A DNA stretch of 64,000 nucleotides, taken from the NCBI GenBank assembly GCA_030603385.1, contig JAUVXW010000004.1, positions 1-64,000 of the forward strand, written 5' to 3'. Origin of the DNA: Promethearchaeota archaeon (GTDB lineage Archaea; Asgardarchaeota; Lokiarchaeia; Sigyniarchaeales; SOKP01). Below the pieces are notes generated by a model. That model saw only the letters and a list, made by a program, of their open reading frames with translations. It did no database searches and was not told where the DNA came from. Position numbers and translations under genes: made by a program. Shown one piece after another: positions 21,327 through 30,700 of the stretch. Each line of letters begins with the position of its first letter. Position 1 is the stretch's first letter.

Positions 21327-21536
21327 ATGACCCAAGCTTATGAAAAAGTAATGGAAATGGAAAGTCCTAAAATTGAACAAGTTGAAACACCAATAGAAAG
21401 TGAAGTTGATGAATTACTTGGAGATTTGAATCCAAGATATTTTGAGGAAGGTATGACTCTTGAAAATGCACTAGAAAAGGTTTATTCATCAGATATTTAT
21501 TCTAGTAGCAGATATAATATGTTTAGGCCTTTTTAG
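21327..21536 (+). CDS. Small acidic hypothetical protein
   Basis: Isolated ORF with protein-like composition (MTQAYEKVMEMESPKIEQVE...). ATG follows an A-rich leader, and a T-rich tract lies downstream. Confidence 0.6.
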   Translation: MTQAYEKVMEMESPKIEQVETPIESEVDELLGDLNPRYFEEGMTLENALEKVYSSDIYSSSRYNMFRPF

Positions 21537-21657
21537 AAGAATTAAATATTTTTTTATATATTATCTTATTCTTATTTTTAAACATTAAAAAATAAATTAT
21601 TGATCCCATTATAAAGGTTCATTAAGAGTTATCTATTACTACTCTTCTTAAAAACTA

Positions 21658-21768
21658 ATGAGTGATTTACGGTGTATTTCTAGAACCTGGCAAGTTGGAG
21701 GAGGAACTTCACAAATTCAGAACCATATTATGAGCTCTGTCTTAAGACAACTGTTTAAACTCATTTAA
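21658..21768 (+). pseudogene. Acyl-CoA dehydrogenase C-terminal remnant
   Basis: SRTWQVGGGTSQIQNHIMSSVLRQ resembles the ACAD C-terminal motif R...I.GGT.EIQR.II. The rest of the gene is absent. Confidence 0.55.
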
Positions 21769-21808
21769 AAATCACAAAGTCTAAATTAAAAAAATAAGAA
21801 GTTAATAG

Positions 21809-22180
21809 TTAATCTGTCTTCAAAACAATTGTTATTGCTCTTGTAAGTCTAATAACATCTATTACTTTACCAGTTTCTACTTTAATTTCTTCCCGACTAA
21901 TCGCATGTGTAAAATCTCCTTTCCCTTGACAAATTTTTGTAATAGAGTTGTTATCTCCAGACATAACTATTTCCGCATCCTGTGAAGTTCCAGAGTTGAT
22001 GACGATTTCTTGATCTTTAATTGCCAAATAAAATGGATCCTCTTCTTCCAAATTAAATTGAAATATCATATTCCAATTTACTGTTTTTCCCCCGACATCT
22101 GTTATAAATACTTGTAGAGCTTTAGGATTTTTGTTCATTCTTTTAATTATTTCCATTAAATTTTCTCTTGCGACTCCCAA
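21809..22180 (-). CDS. SCP2 sterol/lipid-binding domain protein (TTG start)
   Basis: FQFNL....FYL.I......G....A.IVM......I..G..D...A.....IKV..G pattern. SD GGAGG upstream. Confidence 0.8.
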   Translation of the reverse strand: MGVARENLMEIIKRMNKNPKALQVFITDVGGKTVNWNMIFQFNLEEEDPFYLAIKDQEIVINSGTSQDAEIVMSGDNNSITKICQGKGDFTHAISREEIKVETGKVIDVIRLTRAITIVLKTD

Positions 22181-22182
22181 TT

Positions 22183-22677
22183 TTAGTCTCCTCCTTCAAA
22201 TTCAGGTTTACTTATCCAATTTGAATATTCATCTTCAGGAACAAAGAAAAAATCCGTCATTTTACCCTCTCTTTCTTTTTGAAAAACAGCCCTCACTCTC
22301 TTTCCTTTTTTAATCTTAGAAGGTACCAAATTTTCTGAGAAAATTCCTTGTAATAATGCAGTGTCGGCTCCATCTAACTTAATATATCCTGTAGCATAAG
22401 GTATATTTTTAATGAATGCTGATGTCGTAAACCATACGATTGTGCTTACTTCTATGGTGCCAGTATGCTTTACTTCAACCCAATCAGCTGGTACGAAGCA
22501 ATCTGAGCAATTTATCCTAGGGGGCATCCAAATCTTCCCGCATTTTGTACATTTTGCTCCCAAAATCTTTTTATTCTTCATTAATTCTAAAAAAAACTTG
22601 GATTGCCCTCCCATCGAATATTTATAATTTATTTTTATTATGTCTCTTATTTCATGCGCTTGAAATTCATTACTCAT
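22183..22677 (-). CDS. DUF35 Zn-ribbon/OB-fold acyl-CoA-binding protein
   Basis: GAKCTKCG...PPR..C..C, IPYA.G.IKLDGADT, G.RVRAVF. Overlaps the thiolase stop. Confidence 0.9.
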   Translation of the reverse strand: MSNEFQAHEIRDIIKINYKYSMGGQSKFFLELMKNKKILGAKCTKCGKIWMPPRINCSDCFVPADWVEVKHTGTIEVSTIVWFTTSAFIKNIPYATGYIKLDGADTALLQGIFSENLVPSKIKKGKRVRAVFQKEREGKMTDFFFVPEDEYSNWISKPEFEGGD

Positions 22678-23915
22678 TATTTTTTCATCCCCTCCTCATT
22701 TTCCATTACAATTATAGCAGCGTATGCTGCCCCAGGACCTCCAATTGAATGTGAAATAGCCCTTCCATTTTCAATTGTTTTCACCTGATGTTTTCCCGCA
22801 TCTCCTCTTAATTGAAGTGCAGCTTCCCCAGTCGACATAATTCCTGTTGCCCCTACCGCATGACCACATCCAATAAGCCCTCCTGATGGGCAACATGGTA
22901 CTTCACCATCCATTAACGGCCCTCCTGATTCAATCCATTTACCACCTTCACCGAAAGGAACAAAACCTAACTCTTCGTAAGATATAACTTCTTGCCCAGA
23001 AAAGGCATCATGTAGTTCTGCTAAATCAATTTGACTTTTAATTTTATCGTACTCTAAACCTGCCATTTTGTATGCCGCTTTTGCCGCATAGATATTCGAA
23101 TATAATCTTCCCATATCTTCCCTATTCCCTATAAAACAATCTGTATTCGCAGCACCGACCCCTGTTATCCAAATAGGATTCTCAACTTTTAATTCTTTAA
23201 CTTTATCTTCACTTGCTAGAATCAATGCTGCTGAAGCTTCTGAATATAAACAACAATCTAATAGTTTAAACGGATAACATATAATTCTCGAATTCATAAC
23301 ATCTTCTACAGTTATTTTCATTGGTGACTGGGCTTTAGGATTATTCATCGCATTTCCATGATTTTTTACTGAAACCAACGCCATTTGTTCTTCTGTAGGA
23401 TTTCCGAATTCCTCAAAATGAGCATTAATCATACTCACATAAGAACTAGCTGCCATCATTCCCATAGGATACTCATAAGTCATATCTGCTGAATATGCTA
23501 TAGAGTTAAGTACTTCAGGTGTGGTAGTTCCAGTTTGCTCATCATAACAATCATTACACTTCTCTACCCCAAGACATAGATTCAAATCAGATAATCCTGA
23601 AGCGATTTCAGCATAAGCCATACGAACTGTATACCCTCCTGTTGCACCTCCTGTGGCTATTCTTGTTCCAGGTTTATTATTCATTCCAATATACGAATTG
23701 ATAAATATATCCGGCATAAATTGTCGCTCAAAAAGTTCGTTATAAATACCATAAACAGTTGATTGTAGATCCTCATGTGTGATCTCCGCCCCGTTTTTAT
23801 TTGAATCTTCCAGAGCCAATTTTGTAGCGTCATATGCAAGTTCAAAATAAGTTTTATCCAAATACCGGGTTTTGAAAGGTGTAGTACCAATACCTATTAT
23901 TGCTACTCTTTTCAA
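22677..23915 (-). CDS. SCP-x-type thiolase domain protein (TTG start)
   Basis: VAIIGIG.T.F, VSVKNH.NA..NP.AQ, ELHDAF, SGGLIG.GHAVGATG. Confidence 0.9.
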   Translation of the reverse strand: MKRVAIIGIGTTPFKTRYLDKTYFELAYDATKLALEDSNKNGAEITHEDLQSTVYGIYNELFERQFMPDIFINSYIGMNNKPGTRIATGGATGGYTVRMAYAEIASGLSDLNLCLGVEKCNDCYDEQTGTTTPEVLNSIAYSADMTYEYPMGMMAASSYVSMINAHFEEFGNPTEEQMALVSVKNHGNAMNNPKAQSPMKITVEDVMNSRIICYPFKLLDCCLYSEASAALILASEDKVKELKVENPIWITGVGAANTDCFIGNREDMGRLYSNIYAAKAAYKMAGLEYDKIKSQIDLAELHDAFSGQEVISYEELGFVPFGEGGKWIESGGPLMDGEVPCCPSGGLIGCGHAVGATGIMSTGEAALQLRGDAGKHQVKTIENGRAISHSIGGPGAAYAAIIVMENEEGMKK

Positions 23916-24046
23916 AATTTCCTCAACAATTTTTTTAATTTTAATTTAATTTAGATAGAGTCATTAATTAATGTTTCAAATTAAGAAAGGAAACTGAGAA
24001 TTATATTAAAGAAAAGATTTATTTAATTTTTCTTTTATATTGTTGT

Positions 24047-25884
24047 AGAGAATATTTTTAAATCTATAAATTACCCTCATTTTTAAAAATTTTAAATTTT
24101 ACTCCGACTAAAATCGTTATTATCCCATTCTTAAAAATGTCGGATTTCGCGAATATTGTGGTAAAAGGATCTGAAACCCATCTTCTTTCGCAATTTCAGG
24201 AAATATTGAATAAAGGTCAACGCCCTTTGTCATTATAAAGGTGCGAGCTTTCCCAATCATGTCAGGTCTTCCAAGTTTGTAAGCAGTATTAATCTTGAGA
24301 AGATCTAATATCAAAATTAAATAACGATGCTTTGAAACCATTTCTAACCCACGCACGTTTGCTCGTCTAGCGTGATATACGACAATATTATGAGAAAATT
24401 GGCGCTCAATTTCAGATCTAATATTCATCATTAGGATTAAATCTTCCTTTGTCCAATCAAAAGGAATAAAATCCATATTAACGTAGAAATTATCATTGAG
24501 TTTCGTAATATTTTGATACTTTATGGACTTTTTTGAATTTATTAAAGGAATGATACCCATTTCAAAAATCCACTCTAAAATCTCGATGGAGTATGGACCA
24601 GCGTCAGCTAGGATTATCAAGGGGCTCTCGAAACCTAAAGTAAAAAAATGCTTAAATGTCTCTTTAAAAACAGTGTATTCGTCTGTATTACCCGGAAATA
24701 ACTCACAATAGATTGGAACGGAACGATTGCCGCAATAAGCGTAAATTGTTGACACTTTATATCCCACACCATAGATTTTTCCTTGATGTCTACAAAATCC
24801 CGCGTCAGGATCGTTATAAGAGCCTTTTTCTTTGTTGAAATGATCGCTACTATTAGAATGAACGAATTGTGCATCCCAAATCAATATCCTATTTATTACT
24901 ATCTTAAACTCGTATGTCTCTTCAAGCAATTCAAGAAAAAACTGCCTTAATGCTTCTAAGGGAATGGCTCTTAATGCATGGCTTACTATAGATACATCAG
25001 GAAAGTAGAACGGGTCGTGAAGCACGGTTTTAAGGTAATTAGCTTGAAAATATCTAATTGCATTCATGTAGGACGTGTAATTATCAATTCCTATGTGAAT
25101 ACGGGACAGTTCAATTATGATTATATCGTGTAAGAATCGATCTCTAAAAGAAATCCCTTTTGCTTCTAATTTTTCCTGTAAATTATCAAAATAAGAGAAG
25201 TTATTACAAGTTATAATGTGTTCAAAAAAGCCTGTAAAGCCAGAAAGTGCTTTCAGCATCAGTTTTTCAACCTGACTAATCCCTTTATAAGTTATTTCTG
25301 ACACTGGTACAACCGCTACATCTCGAAATCTCCTAAGATAGTATGGTTTAATCGCTGTTAAATCCCCCTTTTTAATAAAATGGTCGATCTTATAGAATAA
25401 TTTTGTTATATCTTTCTTTCGACCGCGCTTTTGCTTTGATTTTCGAGGGACGCTATTTATAAGTTTCATCGCTGTCCTGTAATCTTTCGGGATTCTCATC
25501 ACAAATATCTGTTTTTCTATCTTAAATATATAGTCTGTAATTTGCATTTGAGCAAACGAATCATTATTTTTATATTTTAAAACAATCAATTGTTTTCCTC
25601 GATGTTTTATGATTATTAATCTTAAAGTCAATATAAATGTTTTGGTTCATTTGATGCATTCTATCTATAACTTTCACTGATTTTAAACCCTAATTCATTC
25701 TGTGAAATCCAATTCTAAAAGAACTAACACGAAGCTATAAACATTTATTAGATTTCACATTAACTCGAAGCTTGTTTTTCCATTTACGCGACGAAATTTA
25801 AATAAGAATATTTAGAAATTTAGTCGGAATAAGATTTAAAATTTTTAAAAATAAGATTAATTTATAGATTTAAAAATAATCTCT
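24047..25884. mobile_element. Insertion sequence with DDE transposase and about 66-bp imperfect terminal inverted repeats
   Basis: 24047-24112 matches the reverse complement of 25819-25884 at 60/66 positions. The transposase stop lies 8 bp inside the left repeat. Confidence 0.8.
24120..25631 (-). CDS. DDE transposase (IS4/IS5-like superfamily); true start may be further downstream (e.g. MRIPKDY)
   Basis: WDAQF, DPDAGF...GYKV, PGN..E, LADAGPY, RSEIERQFS (D, D, E triad with R..IE). Confidence 0.85.
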   Translation of the reverse strand: MTLRLIIIKHRGKQLIVLKYKNNDSFAQMQITDYIFKIEKQIFVMRIPKDYRTAMKLINSVPRKSKQKRGRKKDITKLFYKIDHFIKKGDLTAIKPYYLRRFRDVAVVPVSEITYKGISQVEKLMLKALSGFTGFFEHIITCNNFSYFDNLQEKLEAKGISFRDRFLHDIIIIELSRIHIGIDNYTSYMNAIRYFQANYLKTVLHDPFYFPDVSIVSHALRAIPLEALRQFFLELLEETYEFKIVINRILIWDAQFVHSNSSDHFNKEKGSYNDPDAGFCRHQGKIYGVGYKVSTIYAYCGNRSVPIYCELFPGNTDEYTVFKETFKHFFTLGFESPLIILADAGPYSIEILEWIFEMGIIPLINSKKSIKYQNITKLNDNFYVNMDFIPFDWTKEDLILMMNIRSEIERQFSHNIVVYHARRANVRGLEMVSKHRYLILILDLLKINTAYKLGRPDMIGKARTFIMTKGVDLYSIFPEIAKEDGFQILLPQYSRNPTFLRMG

Positions 25885-25924
25885 GTATAGTGTCAATTAA
25901 TTGATTAAAAGATTGATGATTTAA

Positions 25925-26359
25925 ATGGTAAATCAAGATTTGTTAAACAATGTTAAGTCCAAATTAAACGAAAGCGGAACCGTTACTGCTGATGATACAC
26001 TCCAGTTATTAGAAGTTTATAAACAAATATCTTTAGAAAAAAAGGAATTACAAGAGGAATTCGAAGATATGGCAATGTTAGACATGGAGTTTCTTGGTCA
26101 AATTATAATTTCTGATGAAAATAAGAAATTTTGGTTAAAATTCAAGGAAGGGAAAGTTGATTTTGGGGAAGGTGAAGTTGAAAGACCAACTCTAACCTTT
26201 ACCACTACCATGAACGTTTTTTCAGGGATATTATTTGGTCATATAGAAATTTCAAGTGCCCATAAGGCTGGAGATATTTCATTTGAAGGTAGAGGTGAAG
26301 AACTCATGGATTTTCAAGCAATAACTTCAGTTATAAATGATTTCTTACAAAATTTATAA
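25925..26359 (+). CDS. SCP2 sterol/lipid-binding domain protein with N-terminal helical extension
   Basis: FWLKF..GKV..GEG...PTLT.T......IL.G......A...GDI..EG. Confidence 0.8.
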   Translation: MVNQDLLNNVKSKLNESGTVTADDTLQLLEVYKQISLEKKELQEEFEDMAMLDMEFLGQIIISDENKKFWLKFKEGKVDFGEGEVERPTLTFTTTMNVFSGILFGHIEISSAHKAGDISFEGRGEELMDFQAITSVINDFLQNL

Positions 26360-26421
26360 TTCCGTTTGAATAAACCAGAGAAAATTATATTAGGAGCTTG
26401 GATAAAACTTTCCATTCATCC

Positions 26422-27282
26422 TTATAAAATTTGTTTAATTAATCGGGGAATATCCCAAGGAGTATCAGCAATTAAAGCACCTGCTCCTGTAAGAGCTCTA
26501 ATTTTACCTTGTGCGGTGCCAAAATCACCTGAAATGATTGCACCCGCATGACCCATCCGTTTACCTTCTGGAGCGCTTCTTCCGGCTATATATGCCACGA
26601 CAGGTTTATCAGTATGATGTTTTATAAATTCAGCAGTTTTTTCTTCTTCATCGCTACCAATCTCTCCAATTAAAACAATAATCTTGCTGTTAGCTTCATT
26701 TGAATAATATTCAACAGCCTCTAACATTGTGGTACCACGAACTGGATCTCCTCCAATTCCGATGTAGGCTGAAACTCCGATTCCTGCTTTCCCTATCGCT
26801 TTGGTAATTTCATAGGACAAGGTACCGCTTTTTGAGATAACCGCAACATTTCCATAGTTGCACATATCACCCGGCATTATCCCCAATTTTATTTTATCTG
26901 GTATCATCATACCAGGGCAATTTGGTCCTAGTATATGTAGATTTCGTTCATGAGCCATCTCAATTAATCGAATCATATCAAAAACGGGAACATTTTCAGT
27001 TATAATACAGGTCATATTAATTCCAGCAAGTATGCTTTCCTTAACTGCATTAAAGGTAAATCGTGCAGGAACAAATATAATACTAGTATCACATCCTGTT
27101 TCTTCAGCTGCTTCTTCCACAGTATTAAACACGGGAATTTCATAAACAGTCTGACCGCCTTTCTTAGGGGTAACTCCTGCTACAATATTGCTTCCATAAT
27201 CTAACATTAAACGTGAATGGAACATGCCTTGATTTCCAGTAATACCTTGAACTACTACCTTGGATTTTTCACTGATGTACAT
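26422..27282 (-). CDS. sucD: Succinyl-CoA synthetase alpha subunit
   Basis: VQGITG.QG.FH, GPNCPG, SKSGTLSYE, GIGGDP, GEIG, RMGHAGA. Confidence 0.93.
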   Translation of the reverse strand: MYISEKSKVVVQGITGNQGMFHSRLMLDYGSNIVAGVTPKKGGQTVYEIPVFNTVEEAAEETGCDTSIIFVPARFTFNAVKESILAGINMTCIITENVPVFDMIRLIEMAHERNLHILGPNCPGMMIPDKIKLGIMPGDMCNYGNVAVISKSGTLSYEITKAIGKAGIGVSAYIGIGGDPVRGTTMLEAVEYYSNEANSKIIVLIGEIGSDEEEKTAEFIKHHTDKPVVAYIAGRSAPEGKRMGHAGAIISGDFGTAQGKIRALTGAGALIADTPWDIPRLIKQIL

Positions 27283-27283
27283 C

Positions 27284-28408
27284 TTATCCCCCTACAACCT
27301 CCTTTATCTTTTGTACTGCATCCAATACATTTTGAAAAGCCGTAATTCCAGCATTATTAAGGAGGGAAATTCCTTCTTTATCGTTTGTGCCAGTTAATCT
27401 TATTACCATCGGTGGTGTATCTTTAAAATCTTCTAATGCTTGAATTATTGCTTCTGCAACTACATCACAACGAGTAATTCCACCATAAATATTTACTAAA
27501 ACAGCTTTTAGGTTCATTTTAAGTAGCAATTCTAATGCTTTATATACCCGTTCTTTACTTGCTCCACCACCAACATCTAAAAAATTTGCAGGTTTTAATT
27601 CTAATTCTGATAGAACATCCAATAATGCCATTGTCAATCCAGCTCCGTTTGCTAAAATACCGATTTCACCAGAGAGCTCTACAAATGAAAATCCAGCTTC
27701 TTTTGCTAATTTTTCTAGCTGTGAAAGTTTTTTGTTTTGTAACTCTTGAACGATTGGTTGTCGAAATGCTGTATCATCATCTAATATCATTTTACCATCA
27801 ACTGCTACTAATCCAGAAGGAGTAAGAACTAACGGATTTATCTCTACAAGCTGTGCTTCAATGCTTTTAGTAATTTCCCATAATTTTATAAATAAATTTA
27901 TTACCGAATCCAAGAGCTCTCCTTTAAATCCTAGCTGTTTTGAAACTTTACTAGCGAGATCTTCCGTTAGTCCTTCCTTCAATTTGAAGCTCTCTTTTAT
28001 TATTGCTTCAGGATTAGTTTTAGATACTTCTTCGATGTCAATTCCACCTTCTTTACTTGCAATAATGAAAAATTGTCGTCCTGATGCGTCCAAAACTATT
28101 GAGCAATAATATTCTTGGTCTATTTGAGCTAACTCTTCTATAAGAATAGCTTCTACTTGGAATCCCCCAACTTCTCTACTAAAAAATTCTTTACAAAGAG
28201 ATATTGCTTCCTCCTTAGATTTAGCTATTTTTATCAATCCTGCTTTTTTTCTGCTCCCAATTGCAATTTGAGATTTAATAATTGCAGGAAATGTGAATTG
28301 ATTTACTTTTTCTTCTACATCTTCCACTTTTTCAATAATAATATTGTCCGCTAATGGAATGTCAAATCTGCTGAAAATTTTTTTACTTTCATATTCAAGT
28401 AATCGAAT
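27284..28408 (-). CDS. sucC: Succinyl-CoA synthetase beta subunit, probable ATT start
   Basis: In-frame extension upstream of the listed GTG gives (M)RLLEYESKKIFSRFDIP, the canonical SucC N-terminus, after GGAGGGA. Also EINPL, NGAGL.MA..D, PANFLDVGGGA, NIYGGITRCD, RLTGTN. Confidence 0.92.
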   Translation of the reverse strand: MRLLEYESKKIFSRFDIPLADNIIIEKVEDVEEKVNQFTFPAIIKSQIAIGSRKKAGLIKIAKSKEEAISLCKEFFSREVGGFQVEAILIEELAQIDQEYYCSIVLDASGRQFFIIASKEGGIDIEEVSKTNPEAIIKESFKLKEGLTEDLASKVSKQLGFKGELLDSVINLFIKLWEITKSIEAQLVEINPLVLTPSGLVAVDGKMILDDDTAFRQPIVQELQNKKLSQLEKLAKEAGFSFVELSGEIGILANGAGLTMALLDVLSELELKPANFLDVGGGASKERVYKALELLLKMNLKAVLVNIYGGITRCDVVAEAIIQALEDFKDTPPMVIRLTGTNDKEGISLLNNAGITAFQNVLDAVQKIKEVVGG

Positions 28409-28623
28409 AAATTATCCCTCCTTTTTGTGTAGCTTACTAGCAGCAATCTAATCCCAAATTAATATGAAATTCATTCATTTATTAATAAAATTTTTTCTAA
28501 TAATCTATAAAACAAATATCGGAATTTAGGTAGTTTCTGCTTATTTCTTGTTGTTCTTTGGAATACTTTAATATATAATAAAGTGAAATAAATAATTACA
28601 AGTAAATTTTGTTGAATATTAAA

Positions 28624-30033
28624 ATGAAAGCATCCAGTGAAACCCAAAAATCAGATAATTTAAAAGGTGCTTCTAACACGAAATTGTTTACATTTTCTAT
28701 GGGATATTTTCTTAATATTTTTGTTATGGTGGCTTTCAATTCTTATGTTTGGACATTTTACGAAGTAGAACTTGGCTTAATAGGTATCGTGTCGTTATGG
28801 CCAATGTATTTGGTAATCGCGAATGTGATATATATGATATGGAGTATGATAACTAATCCTCTTTTAGGATATTTTACAGATAAACCTCTTAGATGGACAA
28901 AGAAAAGGGGTTTTCACACCCCTTGGATCATCATTGGGGGAATTCCAACGATAATATTTTTTTTCCTGCTTTTCACACCACCAAAAGTAACAGGAGTGGG
29001 AAGTGTTATCCCAATTTTAGTTTATTATATATTGATAGTTTGTCTATTTGACACATTTTATTCACTTCTTCAAACACATTCTTTTGGGGCTTTTGCTGCG
29101 CACTTTAGAGGTGATAAGGAGCGTGTTAAAGCAGGATTTTCAACTCAAATCTTCACATTTATAGCAAATTTTGCAGCAATCGCAATCTGGTCTCAAATTA
29201 TTGACACTGAATCATTTACAATTGCGGCATTGGTAAGTGTAATACTTTTAGGTATTTCTTTAATTATTTTTATTCCAGGATCAAAGGAATCTGACGAAAT
29301 AAAAGAACGATTCATTGTAGGATATGAGAATGCAGAAAAAGTTTCCTTTTTCAAAACCATGAAAATTGCCATAAAACAAAAAAATTTCATGTTAATAGTG
29401 TTTACATACATTTTATTTATGATAGCAATGGGATTAGTAAGTATGAATTCATTTAATTTCGTTGGTGATGTTTTACAGGCAAAACAGAAGATTAGAACCG
29501 TAGAATCACTCTTGATGCTCATTTCCTCTTTAATAACAATGCCAATATGGTTTTATGTGACAAAAAAAATTGAAAATTCAACCATGTATTCACTTGGATT
29601 AATCATTTTTGGATTTGTTGTATTATTTAACTTGTTTATTGTAAATGTATTCCAATTCTTTCTAACCGCAATTTTTAGAGGTGCTGCGATTGCAATGTTT
29701 TTGATTATGTTATCACCCTTATTTGCTGATTGTTATGATGAAATTGCAGTAAAAACTCAAAAACATCAACAGGCTACATTATTAGGAATTCGCAATTTTT
29801 TTCTTAAAATTTCTATAACAATTCAAAGCTTAATTATAGCATTTATACATATTATCACTGCGTATGAACCAATTAACCCAAGTGGGGAGGCATTATTTGG
29901 TCTTCGCTTAATCCAAGGACTATTCCCATTTCTATTTTGTATAATTGGTGCCATAATTTTTTATAAGTGGTATGACTTGAAAGGAAATAAAAAACAAGAA
30001 ATTATGCAGAAATTGCAGGAAATGGGATTATAA
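28624..30033 (+). CDS. MFS transporter, glycoside-pentoside-hexuronide (MelB-like) type
   Basis: About 12 hydrophobic segments; NPLLGYFTD, PWII.G, ADCYDE, Y.L...K..EI...L at the C-terminus. Confidence 0.85.
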   Translation: MKASSETQKSDNLKGASNTKLFTFSMGYFLNIFVMVAFNSYVWTFYEVELGLIGIVSLWPMYLVIANVIYMIWSMITNPLLGYFTDKPLRWTKKRGFHTPWIIIGGIPTIIFFFLLFTPPKVTGVGSVIPILVYYILIVCLFDTFYSLLQTHSFGAFAAHFRGDKERVKAGFSTQIFTFIANFAAIAIWSQIIDTESFTIAALVSVILLGISLIIFIPGSKESDEIKERFIVGYENAEKVSFFKTMKIAIKQKNFMLIVFTYILFMIAMGLVSMNSFNFVGDVLQAKQKIRTVESLLMLISSLITMPIWFYVTKKIENSTMYSLGLIIFGFVVLFNLFIVNVFQFFLTAIFRGAAIAMFLIMLSPLFADCYDEIAVKTQKHQQATLLGIRNFFLKISITIQSLIIAFIHIITAYEPINPSGEALFGLRLIQGLFPFLFCIIGAIIFYKWYDLKGNKKQEIMQKLQEMGL

Positions 30034-30055
30034 AATTTTCTTACTATCTTCCTTT

Positions 30056-30468
30056 CTATTCAAGTAACTGAGGAATCCAAGCTGAATTTCCTTTTGTTAT
30101 TTTATATTTCTTTAAAACTTCTTTATGAATCTTTTTTAGAAACGAGAAATATTCATTACCATATATAGCTTTTCCCCTTCCATGGCAAATAAACTTGTAC
30201 AATGTCTTTTCTTTATCATACTAACAAATTCATTAGGAGTATATCCTAAAGGTTCAATTGGATCCAGTGTCTCAACCATGCTGAAAAGCATTTCTGCTCT
30301 TTCAAAATATGATTCAGGCAATTTTGAGGATATTACTACTAGATCAACATCACTTCGTTCATTAAAATCTCCTCTTGAGAAAGATCCATACAATATGATG
30401 CATTCTGGGTGTAATTCTCTAACAACTTTTTTACAAAACTTTTTAATCCCATTATTGATCTTTCTCAT
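30056..30468 (-). pseudogene. Minimal nucleotidyltransferase (MNT) antitoxin with a 1-nt frameshift near 30175
   Basis: LYGSFSRGD....SDVDL motif. The expected C-terminus GKAIYGNEYFSFLKKIHKEVLKKYKITKGNSAWIPQLLE* continues in another frame to the stop at 30056. Confidence 0.75.
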
Positions 30469-30575
30469 TTAATATAACACCAGTTATAAAATCCATTTTC
30501 CTTATCTACAACTGCTGATTTAAACGTATTGTTCGCCTCATTCATCCACCTATTATATTCTTCAGTGTCAAACAT
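30465..30575 (-). pseudogene. HEPN toxin, internally deleted (36 aa left)
   Basis: MFDTEEYNRWMNEANNTFKSAVVDKENGFYNWCYIK* is a HEPN N-terminus. Its TGA overlaps the MNT ATG (ATGA). Not in the ORF track. Confidence 0.75.
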
Positions 30576-30700
30576 AATATTTTTACCTTATATAAAACTA
30601 ACTCTAATGAAATTAAGGAACAGAACAAATAAATTTTTATGGCACTGTTAAACAAATTTTATTTTATAAATTAATTTTTAGGGAAATAGAAGAGTTAATT

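Noticed and set aside
23962-25904. 12-bp palindromes CATTAATTAATG (23962) and TCAATTAATTGA (25893) as a shared lipid-regulon operator
   Set aside because: They are almost pure A/T with different spacing, which is expected by chance at this base composition.
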